Shown here in pieces: positions 9,176 to 18,928 of a DNA stretch of 42,410 bases; position 1 is the first letter of the stretch; each line of letters begins with the position of its first letter. The notes beneath the pieces were generated by a model, which saw nothing but the letters and a program-made list of their open reading frames with translations, ran no database searches and was not told where the DNA came from. The stretch comes from an uncultured Candidatus Bathyarchaeia archaeon (GTDB lineage Archaea > Thermoproteota > Bathyarchaeia > Bathyarchaeales > DTEX01), in contig CAZOKM010000001.1 of the NCBI GenBank assembly GCA_964580405.1, positions 1 through 42,410 of the forward strand, given 5' to 3'. The position numbers and the translations under genes were made by a program.

Positions 9176-9328
9176 ACAGACTTTCAATATAAAAAGCTTG
9201 TTAACGAGGTCAAAACGGCACTGTAAAAGTGGATTCCCAGCTCTATTTCTTATAGTTCTCGGCGTTCGCCTTTCTTAGGCACATTTATAAGAGCTGGTTG
9301 TGCCACTATTTTTGAGTGAGGAAGGAGA

Positions 9329-10783
9329 ATGGAGCCCCCCCAGTCTTTGCCAATTTCTTTCCGTATTCGGACTGAGGTTGCCCCATCCCACCTGAGCGAG
9401 ATGCTGGTCTTCATCTACCAGGAGTGCATCCTCCCGTACTACACGTACTTTTCCAACGTTGGGAGGTGGACAGCGGAAGGCAGGGAGGTCCTCACGTTCA
9501 CGCTTAATGATGCGAGGGGCGCGTGGCACGTTGTCGTGGAGGTCGCCGCGACAAACCCAGTCGACGTGAAGCTGACGCCCTACGGCAACTACCCATCCAA
9601 AATATTGAACAGGCTCAGGGAAGACCTTATCATCGCGGTGCAGCTGTATGAGGAGAAGATCCGCCGGTCGACGCTTTACTTCGCGTGGGTGCCGGAGAAC
9701 AGGGTCATACCCGAGAAGACCGAGAACACGCGGAGAAAGCTTATCAACAACATTTTCATGGGAAACATGGTCGTCTTCTTCATCATCACGATAGCTCTGA
9801 GCTACGTAGCTTTCATAATTATGACCGAGGTTTTCAACCTTCCCCTCATCTATTTTCCCTTCGTCATGGTGCTGGCGCAGTTCGTAATAATCCTCTTCTC
9901 GCACAAGATTGTCGGAAGCATGGGGGACTGGTCCGTCACCGCCTCGAACCCTTACGTCCACATCGTCCAGTACAACATCCCGCCCGAGCAGCAGGAAATC
10001 TTCAGGGAGAAGAACGCCCGCGACAAGCTACTGCAGGTAAAAAGGGCGATACAGAACAAGACGCTGGCCCTCGGAAGGCCGATTGACCCGCAGTCGGCGC
10101 AGGAAATTTTCAACCAGAACGGCATCAACATCAGGCCCGAGAACATCTCGACGAAGACAGTGGACGTCTACAGCATCGTCAAGGAGGCTGCAACCAGATT
10201 TGGGATGTCCATCCCGAAGATCAAACTGTCGAACGTCATCGTCCCGAACGCCGCTGCTACTGGACCTAGTCCGCGGTTCGGCTTGGTCCTCATCACGACT
10301 GGGTTGCTTGTGCAGCTCGACAACGACGAAATCCTGTCGGTCGTCGGCCACGAGATGAGCCACGTTAAGAAGAGGGACCCCATGGCGCTCTTCACCATCG
10401 TCTCAACCGAATACATTTTGAGAATCTACCTGTGGGAGTACATCTGGATGTTCGGCTTCCTGTACCTGATATTCGCGATGGGACTCATCTACTTCGTCGC
10501 CAAGTTCTTCGAGGCCAGAGCAGACCTCGATTCGGCGGTAGCTGTGGGGCAGCCTGAGATTCTGGCAGGCGCTCTGCGGAAGATTGGGTACCGCAGGATT
10601 CAGATGGAAAGGCTGCACTCAAACAGGGTCGAAAGCTGGGTCAACTGGAACCCCCACCCGCCCATCTCGTTCAGGGTCGACAGGCTTGAAAACTTGGAGG
10701 AGCCCCAGAAAATCAAACACACATTCATCAAGTCGATCAAGGACTGCGTAGAAGGGTTCCTGAAGGATCTTAAACGAACCTAG
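9329..10783 (+). CDS. M48-family zinc metalloprotease (HtpX/Ste24-like) with extended N-terminal region
   Basis: HEMSHV (HExxH) motif within a polytopic membrane protein. Strong GGAAGGAG Shine-Dalgarno motif before the ATG. Confidence 0.8.
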   Translation: MEPPQSLPISFRIRTEVAPSHLSEMLVFIYQECILPYYTYFSNVGRWTAEGREVLTFTLNDARGAWHVVVEVAATNPVDVKLTPYGNYPSKILNRLREDLIIAVQLYEEKIRRSTLYFAWVPENRVIPEKTENTRRKLINNIFMGNMVVFFIITIALSYVAFIIMTEVFNLPLIYFPFVMVLAQFVIILFSHKIVGSMGDWSVTASNPYVHIVQYNIPPEQQEIFREKNARDKLLQVKRAIQNKTLALGRPIDPQSAQEIFNQNGINIRPENISTKTVDVYSIVKEAATRFGMSIPKIKLSNVIVPNAAATGPSPRFGLVLITTGLLVQLDNDEILSVVGHEMSHVKKRDPMALFTIVSTEYILRIYLWEYIWMFGFLYLIFAMGLIYFVAKFFEARADLDSAVAVGQPEILAGALRKIGYRRIQMERLHSNRVESWVNWNPHPPISFRVDRLENLEEPQKIKHTFIKSIKDCVEGFLKDLKRT

Positions 10784-10784
10784 A

Positions 10785-10791
10785 TTTTTTT
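10785..10791 (+). terminator. oligo-T tract (archaeal-type terminator candidate)
   Basis: T7 run directly after the stop codon at 10781-10783. Confidence 0.4.
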
Positions 10792-10811
10792 GCTTTACGT
10801 CTGCATAGTAA

Positions 10812-11273
10812 ATGCCTAGATCATGCGCGATGTCTCCATTGGAAAAAACGAATCGTAAGTCACGATTTCTAGAAAATGGGTTCTCGCGTAATTTCCTGAA
10901 AGTCTTTGGGTTTGCTGTTCTCTTCGTTTTCACGGGGGTGTTCATGGACTTCATCCACGAAATCGGCCACGTTCTATGGGGCACACTTGTCGGAGGGCAG
11001 CAAAGATACTTCCAGTTGACGTTCTTCACCTTTTATCCCAGTTTTAGCGTAACCCAGCATTTTGAGTTAGGGTGCGTCGTGATGGGAGGGTTCGCGTCGG
11101 ACTGTGCCTACGGGCTCTTCCTGATGGGAGGGTCGATGACGACGAACGTTGCTGCTTGGCTGCTCAGCCTCGCTCTTCTGGCAAAGAAATTCGGGAAGAA
11201 GACACGTTTGTCGATAAAACTCTTGACGCTCTTTGGGGTCCTCGACCTTCCCTTCTACGTGGTTCTTCCGTAG
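10812..11273 (+). CDS. M50B-like membrane metallopeptidase-like protein (HEIGH); ORF ends at TAG but the frame continues to 11450
   Basis: HEIGHVLWGTLVGG motif in the first TM region, and the protein is polytopic. ATG at 10830 is an alternative start. After TAG at 11271-11273, the same frame encodes 58 more codons, including a TM helix plus a basic tail. Confidence 0.6.
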   Translation: MPRSCAMSPLEKTNRKSRFLENGFSRNFLKVFGFAVLFVFTGVFMDFIHEIGHVLWGTLVGGQQRYFQLTFFTFYPSFSVTQHFELGCVVMGGFASDCAYGLFLMGGSMTTNVAAWLLSLALLAKKFGKKTRLSIKLLTLFGVLDLPFYVVLP

Positions 11274-11471
11274 CTGGGACTACACCATTGGATTGTTCTG
11301 GGTGGGCTTACGCCCGAGCCGCTTGTCGGCGCGAGGTTCATGGGCGTTCCTGACTCGGTTTTCTATATTCTTGTGTTCCTGTCAACGTTGGACCTGTTAT
11401 TACTCAATTTTCTGGCTCACCGAAGAGGAAAAAGGGCTGTGCGACGTTAAAGTCTTTTATAATGTTGTTGC

Positions 11472-13271
11472 ATGAACTATTCACGTGTCGATGTTCAGGC
11501 GATGTTTATGATGAAAGTTGATTTTAGCAGCGTGCGCGAGACGGTTGACCTGTCGGGGTTCTGGCGCTTCAAGACCGACTCCCAGAAGAGGGGTGAGGAG
11601 CAAAGGTGGTTCGAGCAAGTGTCCTTCAAGGACTGGGATTGGATTTATGCTCCCGCCTCTTGGAACGAGCAGTCCTCGGAGTACATGTGGTACATGGGAG
11701 TCGCATGGTACGCGAAGGAGTTCTTCGTCCCTGCTGGCTGGAGCGACAAGCTCGTCTTCATAGGCTTCGAGGGCGTGAACTATCTCGCCAAGGTGTGGGT
11801 CAACGGGGTCTTCGTCGGCGAGCACGAGGGAGGATTCACCCCGTTCGCGGTTAACGCAGAGAAGGCTGTAAAGCTCAACGACAACAACGTGGTCATAGTC
11901 ATGGTTGACGACACGTTGACGAAGAGGACCATTCCGCCCGGGGAGGGGATGAACCAGACGTACTTTGACTTTTTCCAGTACGGCGGCATCCACAGGGATG
12001 TCTACATCTCGATAGTTAACAAAATCCACGTCAGGGACGTCTGGGTCAGGACGGGCATCAAGGAGACCGACGGAATACTCGACATCGACGTTGACTGCCT
12101 GAGCGAGCTCGACAAGGAACGGTTCTGCAAGGTGACCTTCAAAATCTACGACGAGAGCGGCTTGGTCGCGGAGAGCCGCATAAGCTACATGGCTTCCCCG
12201 AACGTTCCGAAGTCGCTTTACCAGAAGATTATCCTGAAGGTTGCGAAGTTCTGGAGCCCCGAGTCGCCCAACCTGTACACGCTAAGGACAAGCATACTAC
12301 TGGACGAGGTGGAAATCGACAGGAAGGACGTGAGGTTCGGCATCAGGACGGTCAAGGTCGAAAACGGCAACATACTGGTCAACGGTCGCCCCGTCTTCCT
12401 CAAGGGCTGCGCAAGGCACGAGGACTTCCCGATACTGGGCAAGGCCGTCCACGGCGCCGTGCTGAGGAAGGACTACGGCCTGATGAAGGAGCTCGGATGC
12501 AACTCCTTCAGGACTAGCCATTACCCGTATTCGAGGAGCAACCTCGACTTGGCGGACGAGCTCGGCTTCCTCGTAATCCTCGAGACGCCCGCTGTGGGCT
12601 TCAGGAAAACGATGGGAAGGTTCGACGACCCCGAAATCGTCGAGAAAGTGAAGCGCGTGACCCACGAAATGATCGTGAGGGACAGGAACCGCCCGTCGGT
12701 CATCATGTACAGCCTATTCAACGAGCCCGACAGCGAACAGGAGGACTTCAGGACCCTCCTTCAGGAAGCTAAGAAGGAAGCGAACAAGACCGACCCGACT
12801 AGGCCGGTGACCTTCGTATCCGACAGACCTTTAATCGATAAGTGCCTCGACCTCGTGGACGTCCTCTGCCACAACTTCTATTATGGCTGGTACTCGCTGT
12901 ACGGCGACTTGGACGCCGCGGAGAAGAGGCTGAGCGAGACCTTGGACGAAATCCACAATAAGTTCCCCGACAAGCCTATCATCGTAACGGAGTTCGGGGC
13001 GGACGCGATTGACGGCGTCCACAAGGAGCCGCCTGAGATGTGGTCCGAGGAGTACCAGGCCGAGTTCATTAGGAGGTACTGGAGGGTGTTCACGTCGAAG
13101 GGCTACGTCGTCGGCGGGCACATCTGGAACTTCGCCGACTTCAAGACTGGGCAGAGCCCGGGCAGGACGACGCTCAACAGGAAGGGCATCTTCACGAGGA
13201 CCCGCGACCCGAAGGCGTCGGTGAAGGTCGTCAAGGAGATCTTCGCGAACACGCCCACGTATAAGCAATGA
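11472..13271 (+). CDS. uidA: glycoside hydrolase family 2 beta-glucuronidase
   Basis: Collinear with E. coli GUS over its whole length: LSGFWRF, VWVNGVFVGEHEGGFTPF, TIPPG..QTYFDFFQYGGIHRDV, FRTSHYPYS, NEPDS (acid/base Glu), YYGWY, TEFGAD (nucleophile Glu), WNFADFKT...NRKGIFTRTRDPK. The start may be a downstream ATG (11502-11511). Confidence 0.9.
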   Translation: MNYSRVDVQAMFMMKVDFSSVRETVDLSGFWRFKTDSQKRGEEQRWFEQVSFKDWDWIYAPASWNEQSSEYMWYMGVAWYAKEFFVPAGWSDKLVFIGFEGVNYLAKVWVNGVFVGEHEGGFTPFAVNAEKAVKLNDNNVVIVMVDDTLTKRTIPPGEGMNQTYFDFFQYGGIHRDVYISIVNKIHVRDVWVRTGIKETDGILDIDVDCLSELDKERFCKVTFKIYDESGLVAESRISYMASPNVPKSLYQKIILKVAKFWSPESPNLYTLRTSILLDEVEIDRKDVRFGIRTVKVENGNILVNGRPVFLKGCARHEDFPILGKAVHGAVLRKDYGLMKELGCNSFRTSHYPYSRSNLDLADELGFLVILETPAVGFRKTMGRFDDPEIVEKVKRVTHEMIVRDRNRPSVIMYSLFNEPDSEQEDFRTLLQEAKKEANKTDPTRPVTFVSDRPLIDKCLDLVDVLCHNFYYGWYSLYGDLDAAEKRLSETLDEIHNKFPDKPIIVTEFGADAIDGVHKEPPEMWSEEYQAEFIRRYWRVFTSKGYVVGGHIWNFADFKTGQSPGRTTLNRKGIFTRTRDPKASVKVVKEIFANTPTYKQ

Positions 13272-13292
13272 TCTTTACAGAAATACATTAGG

Positions 13293-14588
13293 ATGAACCA
13301 TTTTCGTGGTAAGCTGAACGGTTCAACGCATAAACAGTTCAGGAGACCCATAATGCTGAAGTATACTTTCTTGTGGACATGGGACCATAGCATGGAATGG
13401 GCTCCTAATGAGCCAGGGGCGGTGCCGGACGGATGTAATAATCCCTACAAGAAGAGGTCTCAAGCATTTCTGAAGGATTATAAGGTTCTGGTTGACTACG
13501 CCAGTGAACATAACATAAATGCGGTTATAATTTGGGGGTTTCTCCGAAAAGCGCATGGAGGCATCAAAGCTTCTCAGGAGCTTTGCAGATACGCTAAAGA
13601 CAAAGGTGTAGGCGTATGGCCTGGGATTGGGACATCCCATTATGGCGGCTTCTACTACAGGAGTCGTCACCTCTTCAACGTAGAAACTTGGCTAAAAATG
13701 CATCCTGAACTAAGGGCAACTGGCAAAGACGGTAGACCAGAACCTCGGCTTTGTCCTTCCAAAGAAAAAAACAAGGAATGGTTGAGAGCAGGAACAAAGT
13801 GGTTGTATGAAAACTTCGAGGTTGGGGGATTGAATATAGAGTACGGAGACATCATGGTCTGCCACTGTAAAGATTGTATAAGGGCTAGAGAACATATTTC
13901 GTCAGGATTCCCTAATGAACCCGATTACTATAAGGACATGGCGATGTCCGTCACGCCTGCCATAGAAACCGCTTTGGAAATGAACCATGGCACAGTAGCC
14001 ACTTATGCTACATACACTGGTTTCGACCTGAACATGACAAGAAATCCGCCCAGCTTCGTCAAGATCATTCCCGAAAGAGCCATCTGCCAATGGACGGTAA
14101 CTGGCATGATGGAGGACGAATGGCCACAAGAGCTAAGACCTCCAACGAAACGCTCCGCAGGTTTTACGCATTGGGGAAGCCAATGGTGGGACAACAATAC
14201 CCGGCACGCTCTGATACTGAACCACGTTCGACTTCTCTGCCGATACGCGAATCGAGCTGGACTGGAAGGGATAGGCATCCAAGGGGAGGTGTCCCCAGGG
14301 ATAGTTCCAAACGAGCTAAATTACTTGGCCTTAGGATATTTTTCGTCATACCCGAATGCAGGTCTAGAACAGTACGCTGAAGATATTTTGAGAGAACTTT
14401 TCGGCGGAACAGTCTCTGCCTCAAACCTTGTAAGATACCTAAGAATGGAAGACCACTCCGCAATCAAAGAAAATCTGAAAGAAATCAAAGAAGCCCAGAT
14501 TAAAGAGGAAAACCAAACTGATTCAACAATCAGAAGGAGGTGGAACTGGCTTCTGTTCGAAAACCAGAGAAGATACTTTTTCAGCTGA
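13293..14588 (+). CDS. hypothetical protein, possibly a TIM-barrel carbohydrate-active enzyme
   Basis: 431-codon ORF next to GUS, with lower GC than its neighbours. Alternating beta/alpha-like pattern (NAVIIWGF..., VGVWPGIG, GGLNIEYGD). No family confidently recognised. Alternative start at 13353. Confidence 0.55.
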   Translation: MNHFRGKLNGSTHKQFRRPIMLKYTFLWTWDHSMEWAPNEPGAVPDGCNNPYKKRSQAFLKDYKVLVDYASEHNINAVIIWGFLRKAHGGIKASQELCRYAKDKGVGVWPGIGTSHYGGFYYRSRHLFNVETWLKMHPELRATGKDGRPEPRLCPSKEKNKEWLRAGTKWLYENFEVGGLNIEYGDIMVCHCKDCIRAREHISSGFPNEPDYYKDMAMSVTPAIETALEMNHGTVATYATYTGFDLNMTRNPPSFVKIIPERAICQWTVTGMMEDEWPQELRPPTKRSAGFTHWGSQWWDNNTRHALILNHVRLLCRYANRAGLEGIGIQGEVSPGIVPNELNYLALGYFSSYPNAGLEQYAEDILRELFGGTVSASNLVRYLRMEDHSAIKENLKEIKEAQIKEENQTDSTIRRRWNWLLFENQRRYFFS

Positions 14589-14763
14589 ACCAACCTTTCC
14601 TATGAATAGAAAACATAGTTTTATTTGAAAAAAAATTTTTAGCTGCAATTATAATAGCCAAAGAGAACTTAAAAGCGAATAACGTATCAGTAAAGCAGTC
14701 AGAGTCGCTGAAGAAGCAAAAAGACAAATAAAAGCGAGCTCCATGTCCTTAATGTGGTCGATT

Positions 14764-14842
<79 letters not shown>

Positions 14843-14932
14843 CAACATTTTAGGTTTTTTGTGGAATCTTTGATTCTTTCTTTTGGTTGATGTCAAAATT
14901 GTTATATATTATAATAGTCGATTGGTAATAAG

Positions 14933-15334
14933 GTGAAAAGAGTGTTATCGGTGCCAGTGCAAATGGATTCATACGATTGGATGGCTGGACTCTATGGAAT
15001 GATTTGCTTCGCCGCGTTGGCGTGGTTCATCATAGGCATTCTGCTCTGCATCTGGGTGTACAGGGACGCTGAAAGACGGGGAATGAACGGCGCTTTGTGG
15101 CTCATCGTGGTTCTCATCGCTGGGATCATCGGGCTAATCATATACCTTATTGTCAGGAAAGACAAAGCACCACCCTATTCTATGCCGCCTCCGCCAATGT
15201 CGCCGCCACCAATGTCACCTCCACCACCGCCGCCTCCACAGCCGTCAGCAGCAAGGTTCTGCGCGAAATGCGGTCGCGCTGTCCCTCCGAACGTAAGGTA
15301 CTGCGAAAACTGCGGGACGCCTGTGCCAGAATAA
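14933..15334 (+). CDS. small membrane protein with Pro-rich linker and C-terminal zinc ribbon
   Basis: Two TM helices with a YRDAERRG loop, a PPPMSPPPMSPPPPPPPQP linker, and CAKC-x10-CENC. GTG start at 14933; ATG at 14963 is an alternative. Confidence 0.6.
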   Translation: MKRVLSVPVQMDSYDWMAGLYGMICFAALAWFIIGILLCIWVYRDAERRGMNGALWLIVVLIAGIIGLIIYLIVRKDKAPPYSMPPPPMSPPPMSPPPPPPPQPSAARFCAKCGRAVPPNVRYCENCGTPVPE

Positions 15335-15418
15335 GAATCCAGGACTCGTCCACGATCCGAACTAAATTTCAATATCGCCTATTGAAGGTAATCTACTAAC
15401 GACGGCTGCGGTTGACTG

Positions 15419-16060
15419 ATGGGTTCTACTGAGGACAGCCTTATCCAAGCCTTCAACTTCGTTGGGCATCTTGTCTGCCACCAGATTCCCGACCGAACCC
15501 TTTGGATCGGCGGCCTTCCCCTCCCCGTGTGCGCGCGCGACACTGGAATTTACATCGGATTCTTCATTGGGTACATTCTGTTGTCCATACGCAGAAAGAA
15601 TGCATACGGCCCGCCGAACCTTTGGGCAACGCTTTTCATGGTCACCCCCATGATTTTGGATGCTGTGACACAATTTATCGGTCTCAGAGTGAGCACGAAT
15701 GTCGTCAGGTTGTTAACTGGACTGTGGTTTGGGACAGCTCTGTCGCCGTTCTTGGTTTATCTGCTCCCGATGGTTCCCACGAGCAGGAGACTGCTGTTGC
15801 TACGTAACTTTCTTCCCCGAGATGTTATTTTGGATGATAAGGATTCTTGGCTCAGCACCAAAGCCTTGGTTCTCGGATTTCTGGTTGACGGCGCCGTTTT
15901 CATACTCATCAATTCAATGGTTGGATCAGTCAACAGCCTCTTCTACTGGCTGATAGCCCCCCTTCTCGTCGCATCGATTATCATCCACATTTTCCTGTTG
16001 CCAATCTTCCTCATGGCGTCATTCTTAGTTTATCTGAAAAAAAGGTCGTCCAAGACATAA
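15419..16060 (+). CDS. DUF2085-family membrane protein
   Basis: CHQIPDRT ... PVCARDTGIY motif followed by several TM helices. Confidence 0.7.
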   Translation: MGSTEDSLIQAFNFVGHLVCHQIPDRTLWIGGLPLPVCARDTGIYIGFFIGYILLSIRRKNAYGPPNLWATLFMVTPMILDAVTQFIGLRVSTNVVRLLTGLWFGTALSPFLVYLLPMVPTSRRLLLLRNFLPRDVILDDKDSWLSTKALVLGFLVDGAVFILINSMVGSVNSLFYWLIAPLLVASIIIHIFLLPIFLMASFLVYLKKRSSKT

Positions 16061-16133
16061 TTAAAATAACTAAAATCGTTCAGTGGGCTAAACAATCGTT
16101 AAATATGAAGCTCTTGATAGCTTGTCATAGATC

Positions 16134-16145
16134 TTTAAATAAAAA
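16134..16145 (+). promoter_or_regulatory. TATA-box-like element (TTTAAATAAAAA) upstream of the dehydrogenase gene
   Basis: Lies about 25-35 nt upstream of the ATG at 16170, which fits an archaeal short-leader or leaderless promoter. Confidence 0.4.
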
Positions 16146-16169
16146 ACAGATGCTTAGCTGTGCCCGTGG

Positions 16170-17459
16170 ATGACTAGACTGAGCAGATATTCGGAGGTTT
16201 CTGACGATTACCGTGTACCCAGAACCATGCAGGCAGTTGTCCTCTCGGGCGTCGGCGAAGAGAACCTAAAATTGACAACCGTGGATGTTCCTGAGTACGG
16301 CGACGGCCAGATTCTAGCGAGGGTGGACGCAGCTGTGGCTTGCGCCTCGGACAACAAGTTCATCGACCAGGGCTCCTCTCACCCGCTGCTTTACGGCTGG
16401 GACGTCCAGAAGTACCCGAGGATAATCGGGCACGAAGGCGCCATAACGGTCGTTAAAGTCGGAAAAAACCTCGCAGGTAAATACAAAATTGGTCAAAGGT
16501 TCGCCATCCAGCCCGCGGTTCCGAGAGGGCCCAGCCACTACAAGGAAAGGTACAGGGACAACGCCAAAGGAATCAACAAAGTGGCTATGGGCTACACACT
16601 GCCTGGGTTACTAGCTGAATATGTCCTGATCATGGAGGAAACGATCGAAGCAGGCTGCCTGTTACCGATTCAGGACGATCGTATTCCGTATTTCGCTGCT
16701 GCCTTGGCTGAGCCGATCTCGTGCGCCATCGCCGCTCAAGAGAGGATGGTTCACTTCCGCAGAAACGACTCAAGCATTGAGCCTCAGGTCGAGCTTGGAC
16801 CGAAAACGGGAGGCACCACGCTAGTCATGGGCGACGGACCCATGGGGCTCATGAACGCCGAAATCGCCATGTCGCGCCACCCCAAAGCCGTAATCGTGTC
16901 GGGTCACCACCAGGGAAGGCTTGAATCAATAAGGCAGGCCCTAAGCGAACGGGCAAAGAAGCAGGGAATAAGGCTCGTTTGCGTCCTTTCTGAGCAGATA
17001 AGCGAAGCGTTGGCTGAGGTGATGGTCGGAGCTGGGGCGGACGACGTGATCGTTGCGGTCGGAGACCCTTCTGCCCACGAGGCTGCTCTTAGGTATTTGG
17101 CTCCGAGGGGCGTCGTCCACTTCTTCGGTGGCATCCCGTCGAACAGTAAGATGGTCAGGATTGACTCTCACAGGATACACTACGACGGCGTCTCAATCGT
17201 GGGCTCAAGCGGCAGCGAACCACCGCACGTCGCCGCCACCCTCCAGATGATGAGCGAAGCCCAGATCGCCCCCGGCAACTACATCGAAAAATGCGGGGGA
17301 ATGGACGCCGTGGTCCCGCTAATTCACGCATTGAGGCAGCGGCAAATAAACGGGAAGGGCGCGATTTACCCGCACGCCCGGAGCCCGCTGTTTGACGTGG
17401 AAGGCTGGGATCTGGCTAAAGAAAAGGTCTTCCTTGAGAAGCGCCTCGTCAGCTGCTGA
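16170..17459 (+). CDS. zinc-type alcohol/polyol dehydrogenase-like protein (MDR superfamily)
   Basis: GHEGA zinc-ligand motif and an LVMGDGPMG nucleotide-binding motif. At 429 aa it is longer than typical MDRs. Alternative start at 16227 (MQAVVL). Confidence 0.75.
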   Translation: MTRLSRYSEVSDDYRVPRTMQAVVLSGVGEENLKLTTVDVPEYGDGQILARVDAAVACASDNKFIDQGSSHPLLYGWDVQKYPRIIGHEGAITVVKVGKNLAGKYKIGQRFAIQPAVPRGPSHYKERYRDNAKGINKVAMGYTLPGLLAEYVLIMEETIEAGCLLPIQDDRIPYFAAALAEPISCAIAAQERMVHFRRNDSSIEPQVELGPKTGGTTLVMGDGPMGLMNAEIAMSRHPKAVIVSGHHQGRLESIRQALSERAKKQGIRLVCVLSEQISEALAEVMVGAGADDVIVAVGDPSAHEAALRYLAPRGVVHFFGGIPSNSKMVRIDSHRIHYDGVSIVGSSGSEPPHVAATLQMMSEAQIAPGNYIEKCGGMDAVVPLIHALRQRQINGKGAIYPHARSPLFDVEGWDLAKEKVFLEKRLVSC

Positions 17460-17483
17460 ATACATCGTGGCAAGGTTTCGGGC

Positions 17484-18701
17484 ATGAGAAAGATCGTCGT
17501 CTTCGGTGCGGGGAACATCGGAAGGTCTCTGGTGGGGCAGCTCTTTTCGCGAGCAGGCTACGAAGTGGTCTTTATGGATGTAGACGAACGAATCATCCAA
17601 GCGATGAATGAGCGGAAAGCGTACACGATTGAGGTGAAGGACAAGCGCCCGGAAACGATACGCGTCGAGAACGTCCGAGCCGTACACCTTGAAGACTCAG
17701 AGAGGGTTGTTGATGAAATTGTATCCGCCGACGTGCTGTCCACGGCAGTCGGCGTCAACAACCTGCAAGGCGTGTACCCAAGCATAGCTCAGGGGTTGGC
17801 AAAGAGGGCGGAGCTCGGGAAGGGTCCCGTGGACGTCATCATTTGCGAGAACATCAAAGACTCGTCAAAGGTATTCGTGGAAGGCTTGGAGAAGTATCTG
17901 CCAAAGAAGTATAATCTGGACTCGATGGCTGGGCTTGTTGAAACGTGCATCGGCAAGATGGTTCCCATCATGAGCGAGGAGGAAAGGCGAAGAGATCCGC
18001 TGCTGGTTTACGCTGAGGCCTACAATAGAATAATCCTCGACGAGAAGGGCTTCAAGAACGGCATCCCAAAAGTCGAAGGCCTCGAACCCAAGAGGAACAT
18101 AGCCGCCTACGTGGACCGCAAGCTCTTCGTCCACAACATGGGGCACGCCGCAACAGCCTACCTGGGATTTTTGACTGACCCAGAGATGAGGTTCATCTGG
18201 GAGGTTATAGGCGACGAAAGAATACGCGAAGCCGTCAAGGGAGCCATGCACGAGTCTGGGAAAGCCCTGGTTCTCGAGTACCCCGACGAGTTCGACGACG
18301 AAAGCATGCAGGAGCACATAGATAACCTCATCGAACGGTTCAACAACAAAGCCCTCGGGGACACGATTTTCCGCGTCGGCAGAGACGTTCAGAGGAAGCT
18401 GTCCCGAAACGACAGGCTGATAGGGGCGCTGCTCCTCGACGTGAAGCACTCGGTTCCTGCGCCCTTCACCACGTTGGTTGTGCCCGCCGCCACGCTTTTC
18501 AGGGGAAGAGACGAGAAGGGGAGACTCGACCTGAGGGACGAAGTATTCAGTAAAGAGGTTTACCCGCATGGAATCGACTACATTCTCAGGACAACGTGTG
18601 GACTAGACGACGGAAAAGAGGCATCGCTGGTCAAGAACATCAGGAAGGCTTACGCTAGGATATTGGAGGACCCGAAAAACTGGTTCAATGTAACCGCATA
18701 G
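17484..18701 (+). CDS. mannitol-1-phosphate 5-dehydrogenase family oxidoreductase (MtlD-like)
   Basis: Collinear with E. coli MtlD: FGAGNIGR, ICEN, VDRKLFVHNMGHAATAYLG, RVGRDVQRKLSRNDRLIGAL. Confidence 0.8.
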   Translation: MRKIVVFGAGNIGRSLVGQLFSRAGYEVVFMDVDERIIQAMNERKAYTIEVKDKRPETIRVENVRAVHLEDSERVVDEIVSADVLSTAVGVNNLQGVYPSIAQGLAKRAELGKGPVDVIICENIKDSSKVFVEGLEKYLPKKYNLDSMAGLVETCIGKMVPIMSEEERRRDPLLVYAEAYNRIILDEKGFKNGIPKVEGLEPKRNIAAYVDRKLFVHNMGHAATAYLGFLTDPEMRFIWEVIGDERIREAVKGAMHESGKALVLEYPDEFDDESMQEHIDNLIERFNNKALGDTIFRVGRDVQRKLSRNDRLIGALLLDVKHSVPAPFTTLVVPAATLFRGRDEKGRLDLRDEVFSKEVYPHGIDYILRTTCGLDDGKEASLVKNIRKAYARILEDPKNWFNVTA

Positions 18702-18830
18702 AAACTTGTTTTGGGCGAATTTTTGTTGTTCAAACAAAAAAATCCATTGTTGGTCAAAATAGACTGGTTCAGGTTGGTCAGCTTTTTTGACCCGTTCATA
18801 TATATATCCCCCCTCTAGACGGATAGAGAA

Positions 18831-18928
18831 TTGACACTCAAACGCAAAATAATTTTGACACTCAAATCAGACAAGGTACAGGGCGAAATGTAACACAAAA
18901 CTGAAAAACCGATGTCACACAAATCAGA
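18831..18928 (+). promoter_or_regulatory. four direct copies of a TG(A/T)(C/A)AC(T/A)CAAA-type motif upstream of the 18928 gene
   Basis: ttgacactcaaa at 18831-18842, ttgacactcaaatcaga at 18855-18871, tgtaacacaaaactga at 18889-18904, tgtcacacaaatcaga at 18913-18928. Confidence 0.4.

Noticed and set aside
11072-11475. ORFs 11072..11353 and 11233..11475 as genes downstream of the M50B-like ORF.
   Set aside because: Their translations are Arg/Gly/Ser/Cys-rich and unlike real proteins. The frame continuing from the TAG gives a far more protein-like membrane segment.
15181-15240. Tandem 15-nt repeat (ccgccaccaatgtc(g/a), two copies) encoding PPPMS-PPPMS.
   Set aside because: There are only two units, inside a proline-rich linker. 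This is ordinary low-complexity slippage, not an array or a Borg-like tandem repeat region.
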